The notes under the pieces: generated by a model
Told to the model about the DNA's origin: nothing
Seen by the model: the letters and a program-made list of their open reading frames with translations, nothing else
The model's database searches: none
Source: an uncultured Thermodesulfobacteriota bacterium
GTDB lineage: Bacteria; Desulfobacterota; GWC2-55-46; JADFVP01
DNA length: 64,000 nucleotides
NCBI GenBank assembly: GCA_964407495.1
Contig: CAYOVP010000005.1
Location: 905 to 64,904, forward strand
Reading direction: 5' to 3'
Position numbers and translations under genes: made by a program
Shown: positions 1-10,215 of the stretch, one piece after another
Position numbering within the stretch: position 1 is the stretch's first letter
How the letters are laid out: each line of letters begins with the position of its first letter

Positions 1-752
1 GGGCCGTTGGCATCGGAAAGGACATCTCCGAGGAAAAACGCCTCCAGTTCAAACTCATGCAGGCCGAAAAACTCGTGGGTATCGGCACGCTGGCAAGCGG
101 CATAGCCCATGAGATTAACAACCCCCTTGCAGGGGTACTGGGCATGGCAGAGGCCATAAGAGACGAGGAAGACCTTGCCACCATAAAGGAATACTGCGAG
201 GACATCATCCGCTACGCCAAGAACGCGGCGAGCATTGTGCGCGAACTCTCCGACTACTCGCGGGCCGCAAACGAAGAGTCTGATACCATCTTTGACCTCG
301 CGGGTGTCATGGCACGGGCCCTCAAGATGGCGAGCCACTCCATCGCCGTTAGTCCCGTGGAAATCATAAGAGACTTTGGCGACGACTGCCATATCACTGG
401 CAATGAGGGCGAAATACAGCAGGTCTTCGTAAACCTCATCCTCAACGCAGTACAGGCCATGGAGGGAGCCGGCACACTCAGGCTCTCGTGCTACCGGGAG
501 CGGGGCCGCGTAAAGGCCGTGGTCTCGGACACTGGCCCCGGTATACCACCAGAGTTCATAAACCACATATACGACCCCTTCTTTACTACAAAGCCAGTGG
601 GCATAGGCACTGGCCTCGGGCTCTACGTAACATACCGCATCGTCTCACGGCACAAGGGCACCATAGACGTGGATACAGCGCCTGAAAGAGGTACTGCCTT
701 TACCCTGAGTTTTCCAAGTCCTTCTGCAGAAGGCTTCTTGCAGGAATTATAA
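1..752 (+). CDS. Sensor histidine kinase, C-terminal portion (5' end lies outside window)
   Basis: H-box 'LASGIAHEINNPL' (HisKA) followed by HATPase_c G-boxes 'DTGPGIP' and 'GTGLGL'. The frame is open from position 3 without an upstream stop. Confidence 0.8.
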   Translation, partial: AVGIGKDISEEKRLQFKLMQAEKLVGIGTLASGIAHEINNPLAGVLGMAEAIRDEEDLATIKEYCEDIIRYAKNAASIVRELSDYSRAANEESDTIFDLAGVMARALKMASHSIAVSPVEIIRDFGDDCHITGNEGEIQQVFVNLILNAVQAMEGAGTLRLSCYRERGRVKAVVSDTGPGIPPEFINHIYDPFFTTKPVGIGTGLGLYVTYRIVSRHKGTIDVDTAPERGTAFTLSFPSPSAEGFLQEL

Positions 753-796
753 AAGAACAGGACAAGACCAGGCAGGCGCAAAGATGATAGAAAAAC

Positions 797-826
797 AGAA
801 GGCCGCCCCGCTTTGGGGGCGGCCTT
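797..826 (+). terminator. Hairpin 'gaaggccgccccgctttgggggcggccttc' downstream of the kinase gene
   Basis: GC-rich inverted repeat 45 nt after the stop at 752. The T-tract is weak, so it may be a Rho-independent terminator or only a stabilising hairpin. Confidence 0.45.
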
Positions 827-1066
827 CTGTACTCTCGACCCTTACGCACCTGCCATCAACTGCCCTACACCGGACCACGGAGAAGGGCAGGGCCCCTCAA
901 GGTTGGAAGAGGCGGCGCCAACGCTCCCCCTGCCCTAAGAGAAGCAAGAGCGGCCATTAGGACGCCCTCTACGGGCAAGAGGACGGTTCAACGCCCGAGT
1001 ACTCGGTTCTCTAATACAAGGGAGACCTCGCCCCGGACTTACCCCTAACCCATGCGCCAGGGCAGA

Positions 1067-1345
1067 CTATATGTCACCCACATCCCTTACAAAGACATAA
1101 TGAAAGGGCTTCTGAAGAAGGACCTTGGCCGTGTCGTCAACAGAGTTGGTAATAATGGAATAGGGAAGCGTTGCCACGAAGATGCCGAGCCCTGCGGCCA
1201 TCATACCCAACCCGGCGGGCCGTAGTATGGCCAGGTCGAGGAGTATGCCGACGTCCGAAGGCTCTTCGTGATGCTCCAGGGCAAATGAGGCCGTACTGCT
1301 CATGAGGACGGCTAAAAAACAGAAGGCAACCAGTATCTTCTTCAT
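1067..1345 (-). CDS. Small hypothetical protein with N-terminal signal peptide/TM segment
   Basis: 92-aa ORF 'MKKILVAFCFLAVLMSSTASFA...' with a second hydrophobic segment. No recognisable family. Confidence 0.35.
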   Translation of the reverse strand: MKKILVAFCFLAVLMSSTASFALEHHEEPSDVGILLDLAILRPAGLGMMAAGLGIFVATLPYSIITNSVDDTAKVLLQKPFHYVFVRDVGDI

Positions 1346-1663
1346 ACTCTCCTCCTCCTTCCATGAAAATGAGGCCTATAGACAAGGCCCCTGGCGGGCT
1401 CTATTTCTCAACCCCTTGACAACCCATCGTTGAAGAAGCGGGGATAGGTAAAATCCCGGACCTTCAGCACCTTGCATCTTCAAGTATATATAACTGCCGA
1501 GTGGGCCGCCCCGGTTCCGGCGGGTTGTAAATCCAGGTCAATCGGTCTATACGCAGAGCCATCTCCCCTCTTGTAAAGCCTCCCCCCCCTCGCCCCCCCG
1601 CAGGTCCGCCGTTGAATCGGCCATCCCCCTGAGTATACCCATTCTCAGAAGAAAATCACAGCC

Positions 1664-2497
1664 TTATTTTGCCCCCCACTCCATACTCCGCGCCCTTACC
1701 CGTCTGTTTACGAGGTCGCGGAAGGCCGGGTGATAGGGGCCTGCCACAATGCTCTCTCTCAGTTCCTCTGTACTCTGAAGCCCCATGCGGATTATCCTTA
1801 TGCCCGCCTTGTCGAAGAGTTCCGCCATCTCTGCGCAGAGTTCTGTCATCTCATCCATTGTCCAGGGCCTGTACTCGCCAAGTATGTACATCCTCTCAAG
1901 GGGCGTACCCTTCATGACGACTGTCGGGTATATACGGACAAAATCTGGCCCAAGGTCTATGACCGAGCGTGCCGTGCGGAGCGCCCTGACGGCGTTGTCA
2001 CCAGGTAGACCCGGCATGAGTTGAACCCCGGCGCCGAGCCCGGCCCTCTTCAGCGTAAGCATAGCACGCACCGTGTCCTCTGCGCTGTGACCTCTGTTGC
2101 ATAATCTGAGGACCTCGTCGTCCATGGACTGTGCCCCCAGTTCTACGGTTGCCACCCCTCGGTCCTTCAGAAACTCTACCTTTCGTCTGTCAAGGCAGTC
2201 CGGCCTCGTAGATACCCTGATGCCATTGATACGGCCATCGCGCAAAAAAGGGCCTACCGGCCCGAGGCAGGCCTCCTGCTCGGCCAGGTCCATGGCTGTG
2301 AAGGTACCGCCGTAAAAGGCAACCTCTCTGGTTCCGCCACCGCTCCATGTTCCAAGACAGGTCTCCACTCTCTCTCTTATCTCCTCCGGGGCAGGTATGC
2401 CAACGGCCCCTGTCACTGCCTTCTGGTCGCAGAAGACGCAGATACTGGGGCACCCCCTGAAGGGGATGAAGAATGGGATTATGAGGTGCCTGCTCAT
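1664..2497 (-). CDS. Radical SAM protein (ELP3/YhcC-like family)
   Basis: CxxxCxxC 'CPSICVFC' near the N-terminus. It is the last gene of the operon, with a 4-nt ATGA-type overlap with the rnc stop. Confidence 0.7.
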   Translation of the reverse strand: MSRHLIIPFFIPFRGCPSICVFCDQKAVTGAVGIPAPEEIRERVETCLGTWSGGGTREVAFYGGTFTAMDLAEQEACLGPVGPFLRDGRINGIRVSTRPDCLDRRKVEFLKDRGVATVELGAQSMDDEVLRLCNRGHSAEDTVRAMLTLKRAGLGAGVQLMPGLPGDNAVRALRTARSVIDLGPDFVRIYPTVVMKGTPLERMYILGEYRPWTMDEMTELCAEMAELFDKAGIRIIRMGLQSTEELRESIVAGPYHPAFRDLVNRRVRARSMEWGAK

Positions 2498-3267
2498 GGG
2501 GCCTCCTCTTCCTGCCTCCCCTTCTCAGGTTCATTCCTCCGGAGCCTTTCCATGGCCTCTCTTGCCGCGGCCTGTTCGGCCTCTTTCTTGCTTGCCCCCC
2601 TTCCCCGGCCAATGACACGGCCCTTTATGGAGACCTCCACTGTATAGGTCCTCCTGTGGGGCGGACCACTGGTATCCTCAAGCGTATATTGGGGCGGCTC
2701 TTTAAAGAGGCGCTGAGTGAGTTCCTGGAGTTCGGGCTTGAAGTCAAAGTACCCGGGCTCCTCCGCCGCCTCTTCCAGGAGGGGCCCGAAGAGGTCCTCT
2801 ACCCTTGCAAGGAGGGCATCAAAGCCTTCCTCCATGTACCTGCCTCCAAGGTATGCCTCGAAGAGCCCGGCAAGGACTCTCTCGTTCGATGCACCACCAG
2901 AAGCGGCCATGCCCCTGCCCATGAGTATATACCCGCCAAGGCCGAGGTCACGGGCAAGGCCGGCAAGAACGCGCCTGTTCACGAGACGGGCACGTATCAG
3001 GGTGAGCCCGCCTTCGGGCGTTGAGGTAAACTCCCTGAAGAGTATGTGGCTTATGGCCGCACCGAGGACGGCGTCGCCGAGAAACTCGAGCCTCTCGTTC
3101 GAAGAGAACTCCCCGGGCCCGCCTGGGGCCTCGTTCAGGAAGGAACTGTGCGTAAAGACCTCGCGAAGGAGAGCCATGTCCCTGAAGGGAGGGTCGAGAC
3201 TGGCATTGAACTTCTCGAGCCTCCTCATGTAATCTCCCATGGAGTCGACCAAGCATCTCTCTCTCAT
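2494..3267 (-). CDS. rnc: Ribonuclease III
   Basis: RNase III signature 'ERLEFLGDAVLG' and a C-terminal dsRBD ('GRGRGASKKEAEQAAAREA'). Start chosen at the ATG overlapping the upstream TGA stop (ATGA coupling). The ORF track extends to 3303 and internal ATGs at 3240/3228 are alternatives. Confidence 0.8.
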   Translation of the reverse strand: MRERCLVDSMGDYMRRLEKFNASLDPPFRDMALLREVFTHSSFLNEAPGGPGEFSSNERLEFLGDAVLGAAISHILFREFTSTPEGGLTLIRARLVNRRVLAGLARDLGLGGYILMGRGMAASGGASNERVLAGLFEAYLGGRYMEEGFDALLARVEDLFGPLLEEAAEEPGYFDFKPELQELTQRLFKEPPQYTLEDTSGPPHRRTYTVEVSIKGRVIGRGRGASKKEAEQAAAREAMERLRRNEPEKGRQEEEAP

Positions 3268-4658
3268 AACGTCCCCCCTGTCCCCTGCGCCAGTGCCTCG
3301 CAAGGTGCCTCAGGGCCGGGCCCCTTCGAGGGGCTCAACGCGACGTATAGCCCACGGGAAGTGAGAGGCCCGCCAAGGACCAAGGTGGTAATCTCGCCAG
3401 TAGGCAGATTAAGGCCCGGCCTCACGAGTACGGGTATGTAGTTACGCGTCTTGCCCCGGAGTTGACCAGGCTCGGCATAGCGCCCTGCCTCCACAATCAC
3501 CTCGGCCTCGCTCCCAACGAACCTCTCGTAAAAGGCCCTTTTCTTCTCTTCGCCAAGGGCGCGAAGCATGGCAGAGCGCTCCTTGATGACTGGCCCAGGT
3601 ACCCTTGCGGACATCTCCGAGGCAAGTGTGCCACGGCGCGGGGAGAAGGGAAAGACATGCAGGTAGGCCACTGGCAGGTCTTCGAGGAGGCGGTACGTTC
3701 TGTTGAACTCTGCCTCGCCCTCGCCGGGAAAACCTGCTATCACGTCAACGCCTATGGATATGTCCGCCACCGCCTCGGTGAGGGTGAGCACCTTCTCACG
3801 AAAGAGGTCCGCACCGTGCGTCCTTCTCATGGCCCGGAGTATGCCGTCGTCACCACTCTGCAGGGCGAGGTGCAGATGGTTGCAGATGGAGCGGCTCTCC
3901 TTGAGGATATCAACAAGTTCGTCTGTCACCTCGTCCGGGTCGAGGGAACTTATCCTGAACCTGCAGGGAAGGGCCTCTTTATCGAGGAGACGAAGGAGCG
4001 AGGGAAGGCTCTCGCGGGGTTCAAGGTCCCTGCCCCAGGCCCCCAGGTGTATGCCCGTGAGGATTATCTCCCTGAACCCCCTTGCTGCCAGGTCCCGCAC
4101 CTCGGCAAGTATCTTGTCCGGCCCCAGGGAGCGCGAGGCCCCCCTGGCCCGGGGGATTATACAGTACGAGCAGTGCCTGTCACAGCCGTCCTGGATCTTG
4201 AGATTCATGCGCGTCCTGCCCGAGGCCGAGTCCGTGCGCAGCGACCACGGAACGCCCTCTCCCGCGGGCCCCCTTACCACCACGGGCCGGCCCTTGCGCC
4301 GGCCTCTCTCGAGATACTCCATGACCTCGGCCTTGGCCCTGTTCCCGAGGATATAATCGGCCTCCTCCACTCCCTGGAGTTCCTCTGCCGAGACCTCGGC
4401 ATAACAGCCGGTGACAATGATAACGGCCTCTGGGCTCCTCCGCCGTGCCCTGCGTATGAGTTGGCGCGACTGGGCGTCCGAACTCGCCGTCACAGTGCAG
4501 GTATTTATGATGCAGACGTCGGCCGGCCCAGGGAAAGGGACCTCGCGAAGCCCCCTTGTAGAGAGAAGCCCCTCTTCCATGGCCGCGGTATCGTACTGGT
4601 TGGCCTTGCACCCAAGGGTGGTGATACAGAAAGTCCTCGCCTCACCTCTCTGGCTCAT
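3264..4658 (-). CDS. MiaB-family tRNA methylthiotransferase (MtaB/RimO-like: radical SAM plus TRAM domain)
   Basis: N-terminal MTTase domain 'TLGCKANQYD', radical SAM 'CDRHCSYC', C-terminal TRAM-like domain. 4-nt overlap with the mnmA stop. Confidence 0.8.
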   Translation of the reverse strand: MSQRGEARTFCITTLGCKANQYDTAAMEEGLLSTRGLREVPFPGPADVCIINTCTVTASSDAQSRQLIRRARRRSPEAVIIVTGCYAEVSAEELQGVEEADYILGNRAKAEVMEYLERGRRKGRPVVVRGPAGEGVPWSLRTDSASGRTRMNLKIQDGCDRHCSYCIIPRARGASRSLGPDKILAEVRDLAARGFREIILTGIHLGAWGRDLEPRESLPSLLRLLDKEALPCRFRISSLDPDEVTDELVDILKESRSICNHLHLALQSGDDGILRAMRRTHGADLFREKVLTLTEAVADISIGVDVIAGFPGEGEAEFNRTYRLLEDLPVAYLHVFPFSPRRGTLASEMSARVPGPVIKERSAMLRALGEEKKRAFYERFVGSEAEVIVEAGRYAEPGQLRGKTRNYIPVLVRPGLNLPTGEITTLVLGGPLTSRGLYVALSPSKGPGPEAPCEALAQGTGGTL

Positions 4659-5902
4659 CTCAGGGCCTCCTCTATCCAGGCCCCGCCGACCACCACGTCG
4701 TCCCTGTAGAAGACAACCGCCTGACCAGGGGTAATGGACTTCTGCGCGCTCTCGAACCTCACCCTTACCCTGCCGCCTGGTTCCGGCTCTGCGAGACAGG
4801 GAGCAGGCAGTGAGCGGTATCGTATGCGCGCGCCGAGGCCCGGCCCGAGGAGGTCGTCTGGCGCGGCCCCTCCGGTAAGTACGAGCCCCGAGGCGATGAG
4901 CCCGCGGGCGTAGAGGGCCTCTTCTGGGCCCACAACGAGGCGTCTATTCTCCCTATCCATATCGATGACGTAAAAAGGACCGCCAGAGAGGCCAAGACCC
5001 CGTCTCTGGCCTATGGTGTAGTTGAAGAGCCCTCTGTGCTCACCAAGGACATTACCGTCCAGATCCGTTATCGGGCCTGGCACGGCTTGGGACGGCATTG
5101 CTGAGGATGGGCCCGAAGAGCCCCCTGTCTCCAAAGGGGCCTCACGGGAGCGCCGAGCACCGAGGCCCGCCTCTGCAACTATGAAATCCCTGTACGAGCC
5201 GCCCTCGACAAAACATATCTCCTGGCTCTCCTTCTTGTCATGGATGGGGAGCCCCAGAGTACGGGCGATGCTACGGACCTCGTCCTTTGTCATCGTGCCC
5301 ACGGGGAATAAGGTCGAGCGCATCTGGGCCTCTGTCATGGTAAAGAGAAAGTAACTCTGGTCCTTGGACGGGTCTAGGCCGCGAAGAAGGCGGGGGCCAT
5401 CGCCGCTGTAGTCAATGCGGGCATAGTGGCCCGTGGCGAGATAGCCGGCCCCAAGGGCCCGGGCCTTTGTCATGAGGACCTCGAACTTCAGGACCTCGTT
5501 ACACTTTATGCATGGGTTCGGCGTCCTTGCGTCAAGGTAGGCCGTAGTGAAGTAATCCACCACCTCGCGCCTGAAGGTCTCCTCCATGTTGAGGACATAG
5601 TAGGGCACGCCAAGGGAGTCGGCCACGCGGCGCGCATCGCCAAGGTCTTCGAGAGAGCAACAACCACCCACCACGTCCCCAGAGGGGCCGTCTTCCGGTG
5701 AGTAGTCCCAGAGGTGCATGGAGACGCCTATGCAGTCATATCCCTGCTCCTTGAGAACGGCAAGGGCAACGGACGAGTCCACGCCGCCGCTCATGGCAAC
5801 CACCACTCTATCTCTTACGCCTGCTCCCAAACTACTGCCTGTCCTCGCTTGTCTCGGTTCTTCATCTCCTGTGCGGCTACGCAAACAGTGCGTCTTCGCC
5901 AA
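4655..5902 (-). CDS. mnmA: tRNA-specific 2-thiouridylase MnmA
   Basis: PP-loop 'AMSGGVDSSVA' and a typical MnmA C-terminal region. The N-terminal ~35 aa may be over-extended. Confidence 0.8.
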   Translation of the reverse strand: MAKTHCLRSRTGDEEPRQARTGSSLGAGVRDRVVVAMSGGVDSSVALAVLKEQGYDCIGVSMHLWDYSPEDGPSGDVVGGCCSLEDLGDARRVADSLGVPYYVLNMEETFRREVVDYFTTAYLDARTPNPCIKCNEVLKFEVLMTKARALGAGYLATGHYARIDYSGDGPRLLRGLDPSKDQSYFLFTMTEAQMRSTLFPVGTMTKDEVRSIARTLGLPIHDKKESQEICFVEGGSYRDFIVAEAGLGARRSREAPLETGGSSGPSSAMPSQAVPGPITDLDGNVLGEHRGLFNYTIGQRRGLGLSGGPFYVIDMDRENRRLVVGPEEALYARGLIASGLVLTGGAAPDDLLGPGLGARIRYRSLPAPCLAEPEPGGRVRVRFESAQKSITPGQAVVFYRDDVVVGGAWIEEALR

Positions 5903-6016
5903 GTCCTTGCCCTCATATTATATAAGAAGGCGGGGTCATTGGATAGAAATAAAAAACAGGACACAGAACCATCAGGGGTCTGTGTCCCGAATCCTGCCTG
6001 TACGCTTGTCCTGCCC

Positions 6017-6397
6017 TTACTCTTCTTCGCCCGAGTGCTTCTTCTTGTAGTCCTCTATGGCGGCGTGCAGGGCATCGGCGGCAAGGTTGGAGCAGTGCAT
6101 CTTCACTGGCGGGAGTCCGTCAAGGGCCTCAGCCACTGTATCGTTGGAGATGCTCTCTGCCTCGTCGAGTTTCTTGCCCTTTACGAGTTCCGTAACCATG
6201 GAACTCGTGGCAATGGCCGCGCCGCACCCAAAGGTCTTGAACTTGACGTCCGTTATCTTGTCACCCTCGACCTTTATGGTGAGTTTCATTATATCGCCGC
6301 AGGCCGGGTTGCCCACAGTGCCCTCGCCGCTGGGGTCTTCTATCTCACCCACATTGCGCGGGTTTGTAAAGTGGTCCATAACCTTTTCACTGTACAT
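6017..6397 (-). CDS. iscU: Fe-S cluster assembly scaffold IscU/NifU N-terminal type
   Basis: Three conserved Cys ('NPACGD', 'FGCGAAIA', 'HCSNLA') and the 'LPPVK' motif. 126 aa. Confidence 0.85.
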   Translation of the reverse strand: MYSEKVMDHFTNPRNVGEIEDPSGEGTVGNPACGDIMKLTIKVEGDKITDVKFKTFGCGAAIATSSMVTELVKGKKLDEAESISNDTVAEALDGLPPVKMHCSNLAADALHAAIEDYKKKHSGEEE

Positions 6398-6434
6398 GCC
6401 TGGTATCTCCTTAAGAAGGTTTTTCTTTGTGTTC

Positions 6435-7607
6435 CTATGACTTTGTTCCTGCGTAAAGCGGGCTCATGCTCCTCATGCGTTCGACGATGGGGGGCATGAT
6501 CTCTATTATATAGTCTATCTCTTCTTCTGTGTTGTGTCTACCGAGGCTGAACCTCACGGAGCCGTGGCTCATCTCGTGCGAGAGGCTCATGGCAAGGAGG
6601 ACATGGCTCGCCTCGAGGCTTCCGGAGGTGCAGGCCGAGCCGCTCGATGCCGCAACCCCCATCATGTCGAGGTTCAGAAGGAGGGACTCGCCCTCCACGT
6701 ACTCGAAACTGATATTGGCCGTGTTGGGGAGCCTTGCCTCCGGGTCGCCGTTCACCTTGATATCGGGTATCTTCTCCATGAGGCCCTTTTCGAGCCTGTC
6801 GCGAAGGGCCTTCATCCTTGCAACAGACTCTTCCATGTGTTCTGCCGAGAGTTCACAGGCCTTTCCGAGACCCACGAGGCCGGCAACGTTCTCCGTGCCG
6901 CCGCGGCGGTTGCGTTCCTGGTGGCCGCCATGAAGAAGGGGCACGAGACGCACGCCGCGCCTCACATACAAGGCGCCCGTACCCTTTGGCCCGTAGAGTT
7001 TGTGTCCCGAGAGGGTGAGGAGGTCCACCCCAAGGTCCTTCACGTCTATGGGTATCTTTCCCACGGCCTGCACTGCATCTGTATGGAACGTGACGCCCCT
7101 CTCCCTCGCTATCTTTGCTATCTCCTTTATGGGAAAGATGACGCCTGTCTCGTTATTGGCATACATTATCGTAATCAGGATGGTCTCCGGCCTTATGGCA
7201 GAGCGCAGTTCCTCGAGGTCGAGCCTTCCCATGGAATCGACCTTGAGGTACGTTACCTCGAACCCCTCTTTTTCCATGTACTTGCAGGTGTTCAGCACCG
7301 CCGGGTGCTCCACCACGGTTGTGATGATGTGGTTACCCTTGTTTTTTCTTGCAAAGGCCGCGCCCTTTATGGCGTGGTTGTCGCCCTCTGTGCCCGTGGA
7401 GTTGAATACTATCTCCAGGGGCGCGGCGTTGATGAGGGAGGCCACGCGCTCCCTTGCCTTTTCGAGAGCGGCCTTGGGCCCTCTTGCGGCCCAGTGTACG
7501 CTCGAGGGGTTCCCCCAGTCGTCGCGTAAAAAAGGCAGCATCTCATCGAGTACAGCCGGGTCCAGCGGGGTCGTTGCGTTATGGTCTACATATATCTTTC
7601 TCTTCAA
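6435..7607 (-). CDS. iscS: Cysteine desulfurase (group I, IscS/NifS)
   Basis: PLP lysine region 'SGHKLYGPKG' and the group I motif 'SSGSACTSGS'. 390 aa. Confidence 0.9.
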   Translation of the reverse strand: MKRKIYVDHNATTPLDPAVLDEMLPFLRDDWGNPSSVHWAARGPKAALEKARERVASLINAAPLEIVFNSTGTEGDNHAIKGAAFARKNKGNHIITTVVEHPAVLNTCKYMEKEGFEVTYLKVDSMGRLDLEELRSAIRPETILITIMYANNETGVIFPIKEIAKIARERGVTFHTDAVQAVGKIPIDVKDLGVDLLTLSGHKLYGPKGTGALYVRRGVRLVPLLHGGHQERNRRGGTENVAGLVGLGKACELSAEHMEESVARMKALRDRLEKGLMEKIPDIKVNGDPEARLPNTANISFEYVEGESLLLNLDMMGVAASSGSACTSGSLEASHVLLAMSLSHEMSHGSVRFSLGRHNTEEEIDYIIEIMPPIVERMRSMSPLYAGTKS

Positions 7608-7670
7608 GTCTGTAAAGACCTCCTTTCAGCGTCCAGTCTCTCTTTGGTAAAGGTGCCTGCCCAAGGGCCC

Positions 7671-8096
7671 TCAGCGTGGCCCTGTCTTTAGCGCTTCTGT
7701 TGTAATGTCTTCTATGCTGATGGAGTTGAGAAACTCCGATATCTTTCCTGCAAGACCCTTCCAGACCGCCTTAGTAGAGCAGTTGGCCGCCCGTTCGCAA
7801 CCCCTGGAGTCCTTGTCCAGGCAGGCAACGGGGTTGAGGGGTTCTTCCACAACGGAGATCACCTCGCCGACACTGATCTCTGATGGAGACTTGGCAAGCA
7901 CGTACCCGCCGCCAGGGCCGCGCACGCTCCGCACTATCTGCCCCCTCCGGAGTTTTACGAAGAGTTGTTCGAGGTAAGAAAGTGATATGCCCTCGTGCTC
8001 CGAGATATAACGTAGCGAGACAGGGCTACCACTGCTCTGCCTGGCGAGGCTCACCATGGCCCTCACCGCATATTGACCCTTTGTGGATAATCTCAT
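7671..8096 (-). CDS. iscR: Rrf2-family transcriptional regulator, IscR-like
   Basis: N-terminal Rrf2 HTH 'MRLSTKGQYAVRAM' and three clustered Cys ('ACLDKDSRGCERAANC') able to ligate an Fe-S cluster. First gene of the isc-like operon. Confidence 0.8.
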   Translation of the reverse strand: MRLSTKGQYAVRAMVSLARQSSGSPVSLRYISEHEGISLSYLEQLFVKLRRGQIVRSVRGPGGGYVLAKSPSEISVGEVISVVEEPLNPVACLDKDSRGCERAANCSTKAVWKGLAGKISEFLNSISIEDITTEALKTGPR

Positions 8097-8431
8097 GATA
8101 TAAAATGCCCTCGCCAGAAGGGAGCATCATCTCATCCCTCCGGCGCTTAGAGGTCCTTGTGCCGCAAGAAGGGGAAAGCATGGTTGTCATCCAGGGCCCC
8201 GACTCCCTGCCCAGGACACAAGGGACTACCTTTACCCCGATTTTTTAAATTTAGTATACCTTATTATTTTTGTCAAGTATTGTTTTTGAGAGGGTCTCCC
8301 CTTCCCTTGAGGCCTGTCTCACGAGACAGGGCCAGGAAAGGGTGATCGCGGCCTCTCTGGGAATGGGAAACAAGGGGCAGCGCAGAGGCATGCTGGGCCA
8401 GAAAGCCCTGCCGCTTCTACGCCTCGGTCTA

Positions 8432-9082
8432 TCACGAGTCTGAGCGGATCTTCTCTACCTTTTTACGAAGGCTCTTCACGAGGTCTTCGTAGGACGAACG
8501 GCGGATTATCTTGCCGAACTGTGTACGGTAATTGCTCACAAGGCTTACGCCCTCTATCACTATGTCATAGGCCACCCACCTCTCGTCCTTCTTCATCATG
8601 CGGTAGAAGATGGGTATCTCCGTACCCTTGCTGGTAACGACCTTTGTCTTTACGAGCCCCCGGGTGCCCTTCCTGTTCTGCCTCTCATCGAGATACAATA
8701 CCTTGTCGTCCTTATCTGTCTGTTGCTCTATCTTGGATATGTAGGAGTTCTCCAGAAGGTCGCTGAAGAGGTCGACAAACTCTCTTCTCTGCTCTGGCGT
8801 AATCTTTCTCCAGTGTACGCCCAGGGAGCGGCGCGTCATCTCCTCAAAATCTATGGTATCCTCCACAACTGCACGTATACGCTCGCGCCGTTCCTTCTTG
8901 TGGGCCTTGCCCTGCAGGGCAGGGTCTCTCAGCACAGCCAGGGCGCTGTCCACGGTCTGGCGGATACGCTCGGTCATCTGGCCGGCCACTGCGGCATTGG
9001 TAGTAAAGAGGATAGCCAGTAGGGAAAAAGCCACGAGAACAAAGATAGTCCTGTTTTTCAAGATCGCACCACCTTTCTTCAA
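8432..9082 (-). CDS. hpnM: MlaC/Ttg2D-family periplasmic lipid-binding protein, HpnM-like
   Basis: Signal peptide plus Ttg2D/MlaC-like domain ('YDIVIEGVSLVSNYRTQF'). Lies adjacent to hpnN at the edge of the hopanoid locus. Confidence 0.7.
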   Translation of the reverse strand: MKKGGAILKNRTIFVLVAFSLLAILFTTNAAVAGQMTERIRQTVDSALAVLRDPALQGKAHKKERRERIRAVVEDTIDFEEMTRRSLGVHWRKITPEQRREFVDLFSDLLENSYISKIEQQTDKDDKVLYLDERQNRKGTRGLVKTKVVTSKGTEIPIFYRMMKKDERWVAYDIVIEGVSLVSNYRTQFGKIIRRSSYEDLVKSLRKKVEKIRSDS

Positions 9083-9555
9083 TATTCACCTATTTCAGTT
9101 CCAGTGAGACCGCCGCCTCAGGGGCCCTCGACAAGCGCCCCTTCCAAGGCCTCCTCGGTGCCGACCCGGTTTATCCCCAGAGTCCTTTTTAACACAAAAG
9201 GCCCTTATACACAAAAACTTAATTTCCTGTACAACCCCCGCCTCCAATCCCCTTGGCCTATGGTCTCAAGGGCTGGGGCCAAGGCACAATCTCTACCGGT
9301 GCGGGCCTTGCCTCATGTCCCTTTATATAATATACTACAAGACAAGGGTCGGCGCGGCAGGTCGTAAAGTGACTCCAGTCATGATTGAAAGTCTGATTGA
9401 TTCAGCCATATCTTCGGCCCATGGAGGGGCCGCCATTTTCAAAACTACAAGTCCTTGAAAATGTGAGGGAAAGAAAAACCGCGCTCTTTCTTTTACGCCC
9501 CAGAATAATTCAGGGACGAATCAAGGAGAGGTCCCTTGATAAGGATAGGTAGAAG

Positions 9556-10215
9556 GTGAGTAGGAGACAGGGGAAGCACATAGGGTATCTCTCCGGCGCC
9601 GTGGCCTTGGGCCTCCTCGTCCTCGTCCTCAACCTGGCAGTTCCGAGAGTCACACTCGGCGCCAGGCCGACAAAGGCCGAAGGGGCAGAGGCAGAGAAGG
9701 TCATAGAGACCCTGGACAATACCCTTCTCATGGTCATGAAAGACGCCAAGAGACTTGGCTACAGGGGGCGGTACGAGATCCTGAAGCCCGTGGTAGAGGA
9801 GACCTTCGACTTCGAGAGCATCACACGCTACTCTGTAGGCAGGCTCTGGAAGACCTTTGACGAGAAGGAGAAAGAAGAACTCGTCCAAAGGTTCACCACA
9901 CTCAGCATAGCCACCTACGCGGCCCGTTTCGACGGATATGGAGGAGAGAAGTTCCGGCTCGCCTCGAGCAAGCCCTTAAGACGAGGCCGTTACCTCGTAC
10001 GGACAGAACTCGTAAAGGCAGACGGCGAGATAATACACATGGACTACGTGATGAAGAAAAAGGGCGGCAAGTGGCGCGCCGTAAATGTAGTGGTAAACGG
10101 CGTGAGCGACCTCTCCCTAAAGCGCGCTCAGTACACGTACATACTCAGAAAAAAGAACTACGAGGGCCTCATCCGTAAACTCGACAAGAAGATAGCGGCC
10201 TACGAAGAGGATTAG
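9556..10215 (+). CDS. Second MlaC/Ttg2D-family protein (HpnM paralog)
   Basis: GTG start with upstream AAGGA. Signal peptide plus 'NVVVNGVSDLSLKRAQY', cognate to the MlaC motif. Divergent from the gene at 8432. Confidence 0.65.
   Translation: MSRRQGKHIGYLSGAVALGLLVLVLNLAVPRVTLGARPTKAEGAEAEKVIETLDNTLLMVMKDAKRLGYRGRYEILKPVVEETFDFESITRYSVGRLWKTFDEKEKEELVQRFTTLSIATYAARFDGYGGEKFRLASSKPLRRGRYLVRTELVKADGEIIHMDYVMKKKGGKWRAVNVVVNGVSDLSLKRAQYTYILRKKNYEGLIRKLDKKIAAYEED

Noticed and set aside
3462-4709. Long antisense ORFs (for example 3462-4709 +, 5714-6499 +, 6534-7529 +, 10411-11169 +, 10811-11797 +, 23576-24250 +, 59605-61167 -) overlapping confident genes
   Set aside because: Typical of GC-rich DNA with stop-poor antisense frames. 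Translations are low-complexity Arg/Pro/Ala-rich with no motifs, and each lies fully inside a gene with strong family signatures on the other strand.
8225-8290. Sigma70 promoter 'TTGACA...TATACT' on the minus strand upstream of iscR
   Set aside because: The -35/-10-like hexamers are only 12 nt apart. The AT-rich region is probably the iscR promoter/operator, but a specific -35/-10 assignment is not supported.
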